DNA of 64,000 nt from Hormiphora californensis (Eukaryota > Animalia > Ctenophora). Position numbers and translations under genes: made by a program. Numbering within the stretch: the stretch's first letter is position 1; each line of letters begins with the position of its first letter. The stretch is taken from NCBI GenBank assembly GCA_020137815.1, contig CM035356.1, positions 5,208,001-5,272,000 of the forward strand, read 5' to 3'. The notes below the pieces were generated by a model. It searched no databases, was not told where the DNA came from, and saw only the letters and a list, made by a program, of their open reading frames with translations. Positions 56,985 through 64,000 of this stretch are shown here, one piece after another.

Positions 56985-59969
56985 TTGAGAAAAGGAGTGT
57001 CACTACAGTGTACGCGTGTCGTGTGAGAGAGAGGGAGAGAGAGAGGGGTAAAATCGTAGTATGAGTAAATGCTGTGAAGCATGAAAATGGGCATAATATT
57101 ACTGGTTTCATATCCCCCTCTCTAACTCCCTGACAAATATAAACCCCTAGGGAGCTGAAACACTCCTTCATTCCCCCCTCCCTCCTCCTACATCATCTAC
57201 TACTACAGTGTGTGTAACCTATATAATCCGGTCCCCCCTATCCGGTCCCCCCTATCCAGCCCCCTATCCAGATAGAGAGGGGGCGCTGCAGACCCCAGTT
57301 GCAGGACGACACACGTTGATCACCCGTCTCCCTACACGTGAGAAGGGTCATCTTAGGTCACGTGATATCACGTGATCACATCACTCTGCTTGCTTGAACG
57401 GAGAAGTGGGAACACTCACGTATTAGAAAAATATTAGGAATGACACACTATGCTGAATGAATCATCATTGCATAGTAGGGAGAGAGGGGAGAAAGGGAGA
57501 GAGGGGGGGGGGGGGGGAAGTGAGATTGAGGGGTGATAGAGGGAGAGAGATATTGCTTAGGGCCTAGGGTGAGAGAGATAGATAAAGAGAGTGCGAGAGA
57601 GCTCTATCGGATAAAGGAGGATGATATTTGTTAGTGAACAATAGACAAAAGACAAAGACGAGAAGGAAAGGCGGGGTTGTTCCGGTGTAAAAGAGACACT
57701 TCACACTTTTACACCCCCTGTTAATTTTCTCTTTTACACGTTCTAGCGTCTCTCGAGCTGTCGACAAAACCCCCTTTTCTCTCTGTCTATTATCTAGATT
57801 TTACTCTCTCACACTGACATCATGTCCCGCTTAGTGAAGTCATTGGGTGAAATTGTAAACTCTGACAGTATACCTGCTCCAAGAAGGAAATTATTAATGA
57901 GAAGGGAAGTTTTAAAAGGTAGCATCATAAACAGCCTGGGTGAAAGTAGCTGGCAAGAAATGGGATGATTTTGAACGTGTGAACCCAACCTCAGTATTAT
58001 AGAGAGCGGCATGAGAGAAGGACATAATGGAATAATTCATTTCATACCCCGGCACCAAACAAGAACTGATAACGCGAATATATTATGGACTATCTCTCTC
58101 TCTCTCTCTATGTCCCACCTCTCTCTCTCCCTCTCTTGATGTCTCCTGCCCTATCAGTAGTGTGTCTAGAGGGGTGCTAACGGTTCAAATTTGAGGGTCG
58201 GTACCAACAAAAGAGGCAACCTTAAACAACTCGCTAACAAAAAGGGTTAGGAAATCTTTGATTTGATAAGACTCCCTCAACAACCCTAAAGCTCATTTCT
58301 TTTCGCTGGAAACGTGTGGACAGTAGTTTGGTATGAAGTAAGGCTCACTTCTTTTCGCTGTAGTAACAGTAGGTTAGTGTACTGTCAGGATTTAGTTAAC
58401 TGTTTAGTTAGGTTAGTGTACAGTTAGGCCTGGGTTAGTTAGAGTGGCTGACAGTGAAGAGAAAGCTGGGAAATTCCCACAATAAAAACTAACGACACGG
58501 TGTGTAACAACACATGATGTGTGTAGTAACGAATCGCTCTTCCAAACTCGTTGTGGTATATCACTTCTCTCCAATTTGTCACTCTCAGCCCACAACCCAT
58601 CCACATCACTCTACAACCCACAGCACACTAGGACCCATAGCACTCTCAGAACCCACAGCACTCTAGAACCCACAGCACTCTAGAACCTATCCATAGAGTC
58701 ACTTTCTATAATAATACCGGCTATTATGTGACAACTCAAGAGCACCTCTCACACTTTACAGAGAGAGTGGTGTTTGACAGGTTCGATTTATCCCCAAAAT
58801 GGTCTGAGAGAGCTAGCTCTCTCATCGTGTGTATGTGTGTCAGACTGTACCCCTTTAAAATGGGGGTCCGATCGACTAGTGTGGATTGTCAGACTGTACC
58901 CCCTTTAAAATTATCTCTCTCTGCTTGTGACAGGTCATCGCAGATAGACGGTATAAAAAGCAGTCACGCGAGGAGAAAAGGTGTGAAAAACCTATGTCAT
59001 GATAATGAGATTAGGGTCCCCCAAAGTGTCACCCCCTATTTGACCCTCCCAAAATTATTCCCAAAATACCATGCACTATCCCCCTATCTATCTCCCATAT
59101 CTTACCATTTGCTGGGATGACTTCCCGTGAAATATCCTGACCCAGGATCAGTGTCAATAATGTTGAAATTAGGAGGAGGAGGATGGTGTAATACATGGTT
59201 TAGGGCTGTAATAAAACAGGGTTTAGGTAGAGGGGGAGATAAGAGATGGTATGTGTCACAAGTTTAGAATATTTAGAATGAAACCTGGGTCTTCTTATTT
59301 TAGAGTCTGACAAGAGTCAACACTCAAGATGTTACTGAGCGAAGTCAAGAAGCAATTCAAGTGGAGGGTGGGGACAAATATTAAGATTTCGATTGTGTGA
59401 TTAAGGGGATAAATGCAGGGAGATAGACCGGTTAGTCTAGGTTTAGACAACATCCAATTGTAAAGCATTAACTTAATTACTCCTTTATAAATATTGACAC
59501 TGTCGCCTAGCAACAGCGGTGGAAAACGCAAAGAACAAAGAAGTAAAATCAAGAATAATTATGGTCAATCTGTCAGGAGTAATGCTGTGCAAGGGATAGA
59601 CACGAACGTTAGAGAAAAGCACCTTTTAGGCCTCTTCTTCTCCGCGTTATGACAAGTTATGACTCGCTATCTTTCTCTCCTCTCTATCTTTTTTCACTCT
59701 CTCTCTCTCTCTTCCCCCACCCATCAAAGACACGAGAAAATGATAATCGAACGATAAATGATAATATAACGGGGTATCGAAAAGGAGAAAACCGATAAAA
59801 GAACCGCCCACAAACAGACACAAATTATTAATCTGGCTAATTAATTATTTAATTTAATGACTTAAAGATAAGATATTGGAGATGTTAATTTTACAGCAAG
59901 CTAGAAACATAATATGTCCATTGATATGATTTAAACAGAATATAGATCTGCCATGCAACAGTGGGGTTG

Positions 59970-61044
59970 CAATGGGGGGGGGGAAAAGGGAAGAGAAGGA
60001 GGGAAGGAGAGAGGAGAGAAAATCGAAGGGGGAATTAAAGGGGGGGGGAAAAAGAAATTTTAAAAAGAGAGGGGGGGGGAGAGGAGGGGGCAGGGGGTAA
60101 GGGAAGAGAGGGGAAAGGGGGGGTTTTCTTTTCACAGAAGGTTGAACATCCGATAGAATGAAGCTAGTGTTGGATCAGTGTCGGTGGAAGGATGGGCCCG
60201 GGCTCTCAATTACCCCCCCCCCAATACGGGTGCTGCAGCCGGGCAAGGCTTTGGGGGGGAAAGAAGGAAAAAAGATAGGGGAAGGGGAGGGGGCCAAAAA
60301 AGGGAGGGGGAAGGGGAAAAGTGGAAAGAGAGAGGAGAGGGGGGAGAGGGGGATAGGGTATAACATGATTCAGGCACCACTTCGGCTAATGGGGCTATTT
60401 TGTCTTGATACGAAGTTTAGACACTACCAGAATATATTTAGGTCTGAAAGAATTAGAAGATATTTTGTAATTTCAGTGGAATCGAAATCGGTAATACCCT
60501 AGGTCAACTATATTCTCACACAGTTCAGCTAATGTCTAGAGGGGTGAAATAATAAAACGGAAAAGTTGTTATGTCGGAAGGGGGCTGATGTTTTTTTAAA
60601 AACCACTCCCAACAAAACCCAAAAAACATTATAAATTACTATAATGCTGGTTTAGTCTGACTAAAGACTGTTGATGGAAGGGCTTTTAAAAAGACCCCGC
60701 AAAAAGGGGGATAAGAAAGGAAAAGTGGGAAAGGGAGGGCCCCGGGGGCTGGGGGGGTTTGGGAAAAGGGGAAAAATAAGGGGGAGAAGGGGGGGGAGAA
60801 AGGGGGAGAGAGGGAAAAAAAAAGGGGAAAAGGGGGGGGGGGAAAAAACCCCCCCCCCCCGGGGGGGGGGGGGGGGGGGGTTTTTTGGGGGGGGGGGGAA
60901 AAAAAAAAGGGAAAAAGGGGGGGGGAAAAGGAAAAGGGCGGGAAAAAAGGGGGAAAACTTGGGGTAGGGAAAAAAGGGAAAAAAAAAGGGGAAAAAAAAA
61001 TAAACAAAATTTTTAAAAAAGACTAAAAAAATTTTTTAAGGATT
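59970..61044. other. Partly homopolymer-corrupted contig end
   Basis: G/A homopolymer runs leading into the N gap. Confidence 0.75.
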
Positions 61045-61144
61045 NNNNNNNNNNNNNNNNNNNNNNNNNNNNNNNNNNNNNNNNNNNNNNNNNNNNNNNN
61101 NNNNNNNNNNNNNNNNNNNNNNNNNNNNNNNNNNNNNNNNNNNN
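61045..61144. other. Assembly gap (100 N)
   Basis: Run of N. Confidence 0.99.
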
Positions 61145-62396
61145 GGACACACATTGAGTCTTAGACAACTGTGGTTTTACTGCAAAGTCCAGCCGGGACA
61201 TTGTCTAGCCACGTGGAATCTGATCTTATGGACTCATCTTTTTAAATTCCAGCGGGATTAGTGATCTCTCTCCATGATAGCTAGTAGTAGTAGTAGTAGT
61301 AGTACTATAAAGACGGAGTTCTGAGGGGTTGATGGAATTTAGCATAGAAAGTTAGCTCAATTCACGACTCCCCTAACCGCAAAATATCCCTGAGAAGGAC
61401 CTGCCCACACACATATTCGCCATAGCAGCTTCTCGAGCAATACTGACAATGATCCGGAAAAGTAGCGTCCAGAGAATCCCCCTTAGGCCAGTCACTTTTT
61501 GCTTAATTGGTGAACTGAGACATAACAAAGGTTTTCCACTTGCATTGTACTCCTATGGGGTCCCAGAAACACCAGAAAAATTGTTCACTCCAACCGAGGT
61601 GAAGAAAGTGCCCAAAATGGCCACGCCCTTTTTGCCTGTATTTTCAGCCTTGACCAAAAATAGCAACTTTGCTTTGGATTGGAGTAGAAACGTAAATGAG
61701 GGCACTAAAATGTGTAGAATGAGCAGCAGAATCGATTGGTACCTGTATGAAGGACTGGGAAGGGAAGGAGAGATTGGGGACTGAGAGAAATGGGGGAGAT
61801 GTAATGAAGGATGGACTTTATTATTCGGAGGAAGGGAAGACTGGGAGAGATCGAAGGACTAGGGGAGCGAGAGGAAGACTGAGAGAGATCGAAGGACTGG
61901 GAGAGATAAAGGATGGATATTCGGAGGAAAGAGAGATATCGCGCCGACTGGCACGGCATGGGACGGAAGATGGGATGTTGGAAGATGGTTGGAAGAGAGA
62001 GAGAGAGAGATGAAAGTTGAGGGAAATACGATAAACGACCCTTGTAAGACTATTTCCTACCAATTTCGTATTTTAATTAGAGCCCACTGCTCTCTCTATC
62101 TTTTTTCCGATTCTCTCTTTCTCCCACAATCTGGGGCATTCTCAGCTAGTACCCCGGAGTGGGAAACAGGAATCTCAATAATTGATACATGTCAGGGAGT
62201 GGTATCTCTCACTTCCTCCCCTCTCCCCCCTCTCTAGCTCTCTATTCCCTTCCCCCTCTCCACTTGTTAGTTTGTAAACTACACTAACAAGCACACTATG
62301 ATTGTTTTCCACGTAGGGGGCAAATATGTTACAATCACATGGGTGGTGCCATGTGATTGGATAATGTAAGAGAGAGTGAGAGAGAGAGAGAGAGAT

Positions 62397-62442
<46 letters not shown>

Positions 62443-63119
62443 TTAATAAATGGAATACTAGAAAGCATTGTGAAACCCGATTAAGATTCCTTCACTATGC
62501 GGGGGGAACTCAGGTTCTTCGTGCCAGCTGAGTTCTTCGAGCTCAGTCCCGTTGCCGTGGACCTGGTTGGCTGATGGTCCAGTGATTACGGTCAAATCAC
62601 ACCGGCTCTCTCCCCAATCTTGGGGAGTAAACTTTGCCAGAGACCTTGCCGAACTCAACTATGGCACCGAGCTCTTGCAGTGCGGCTGGTCCCTGCTGGG
62701 ATTTGGTTCGGCGGTCGATTGATGAGCGGTTGGTTGACGATTGATATCAGTCGTTAATCGATCGTTTGTCGGTCGGTCGTCGGGCTGAGTCTTAGTGAGG
62801 ATCCCGGTTGAACTGATAATCTCACCCCAGCCAGTAACCTTGTTACACATGGCAACCCATGATTTGTAATCACCGAGGGCCTCTGCCCACTAGGCATGCC
62901 TGTTGACCCTTCGGCTGTCTCCCATTTAATTATGGGGGTAAATTCTACGCCAGAGAACTAGCCTCCCTCAATTATGGCAACCCATGATTTGTAATCACCC
63001 GGCAGCTGTAGCCTTTAAAACAGCCCTCCTGTCCAACATCCCATATTGGTCGGACGGAGGTTACCTTCTCTCGCAAAAATAGGGGTTATTCCCCTGGGGA
63101 ACCTCTGCCCAAATTTTTG

Positions 63120-63279
63120 CCACATACTACCTTTGCAGCTCCTCCACTGCCCAGACCTAGATGAGCTACGATACAAACTCGACTACCAAGATATCATCAA
63201 CAACATTCTCACTCCCAGCAACACACTGGATCTGCACAAATTCTCCAAATTAGTATACAGAAGTAACCTATTCGAATAA
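63120..63279 (+). mobile_element. Possible 3' fragment of a non-LTR retrotransposon ORF2
   Basis: LLHCPDLDELR...LVYRSNLFE-stop resembles LINE ORF2 C-termini; short and weak. Confidence 0.3.
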
Positions 63280-64000
63280 ACCATCCCCAACCATCCCGAT
63301 CTGAAAGAAGTAGCAAACCACAGGGCAAGAATCGCTACGGCCGGGGAATTCCACAAAACCACATCATAAGGGTCCCACTATTAAGGTAGGGCAGTTCTGG
63401 GCCATAACAAAGGGCCACCTCCGCCGTATGGCAAGTAATTACCCCGCAATAGTGCAACCCCTGGGAGCTGATAATTTGCCAAATGCTCACCAGAAGTTTA
63501 CATAAGCGTTTTTCATGCTTATCTGTGCTTGCTAAGAATTAGCTTGTCCGGACCCCCAGGTTGCATGCTGATAAGTACTGCTAGCGGGTTTGACCAAAGA
63601 CCTGAGGTGTGATAAGATATTTCAGCCGTCAACCGATTAGATGGTGAACCCACGGTATTGTCATATCCGCAACCCACCTACCTCTACAGCTCCCTGGAGC
63701 AGTAGTAACCAAAGACCAGTCTGTGAGACAGGTAAATTCCATCCATTGTCCTGACAATATAGGTATGTCAGTCTAATATTAGATTCACTGTATCAAATAC
63801 TCTTCTTGTGATGCCGGCGAAGGTTCGAGGGAAATGTTGAGCTTGCTCAACAAAATACCAGGACCCAAATCGGAACAACATCAACATTATCCCTACGTGT
63901 GGGGGACGGTGGCGAAGAGTGATATTAATATAGGTTGTCTGCCGACCATTGTGGGGCAGTAAAGTGGGAGGAATGACGGGCGGTGCAAAACACACACACA

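Noticed and set aside
61449-63995. Short ORFs and splice-like signals right of the gap
   Set aside because: No consistent open reading across candidate exons and no recognisable family; possibly decayed TE or pseudogene.

Overview
Eukaryotic, intron-rich animal DNA packed with (GA)n microsatellites. It is most likely a ctenophore (Pleurobrachia-like); this is inferred from the style of the GPCRs and small repeats and is not proven. I reconstructed the genes by hand from GT-AG splice sites. Minus strand: a rhodopsin-class GPCR running off the left edge; a tight head-to-tail trio SUPT3H -> ETFDH (13 exons) -> SLC25A10 (4 exons); a second GPCR, partly corrupted; and a gene encoding 4 LDLa repeats, 2 GAS1/GFR-alpha-like Cys domains and a GPI-type tail. 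Plus strand: BORCS5 (5' part), the 3' end of PGK, a C2H2 zinc-finger gene and TTC33. The 9 kb between SUPT3H and BORCS5 is a transposon nest. It holds a Penelope-like retroelement (RT + GIY-YIG, 5' inversion, hammerhead-like motif) and an ISL2EU/Harbinger-type DNA transposon carrying a LINE ORF1-like gene and a MITE. hAT and Tc1/mariner-type MITEs occur elsewhere. Four observations stand out: (1) the LDLa + GAS1-like GPI protein; (2) unrelated tandem arrays that all amplify an RFX X-box-like palindrome; (3) operon-like spacing with splice acceptors right before the ATGs, suggesting SL trans-splicing; (4) repeated local duplication of exon boundaries. Regions about 42200-45915 and 59970-61044 are homopolymer-corrupted assembly sequence, and there is a 100-N gap.
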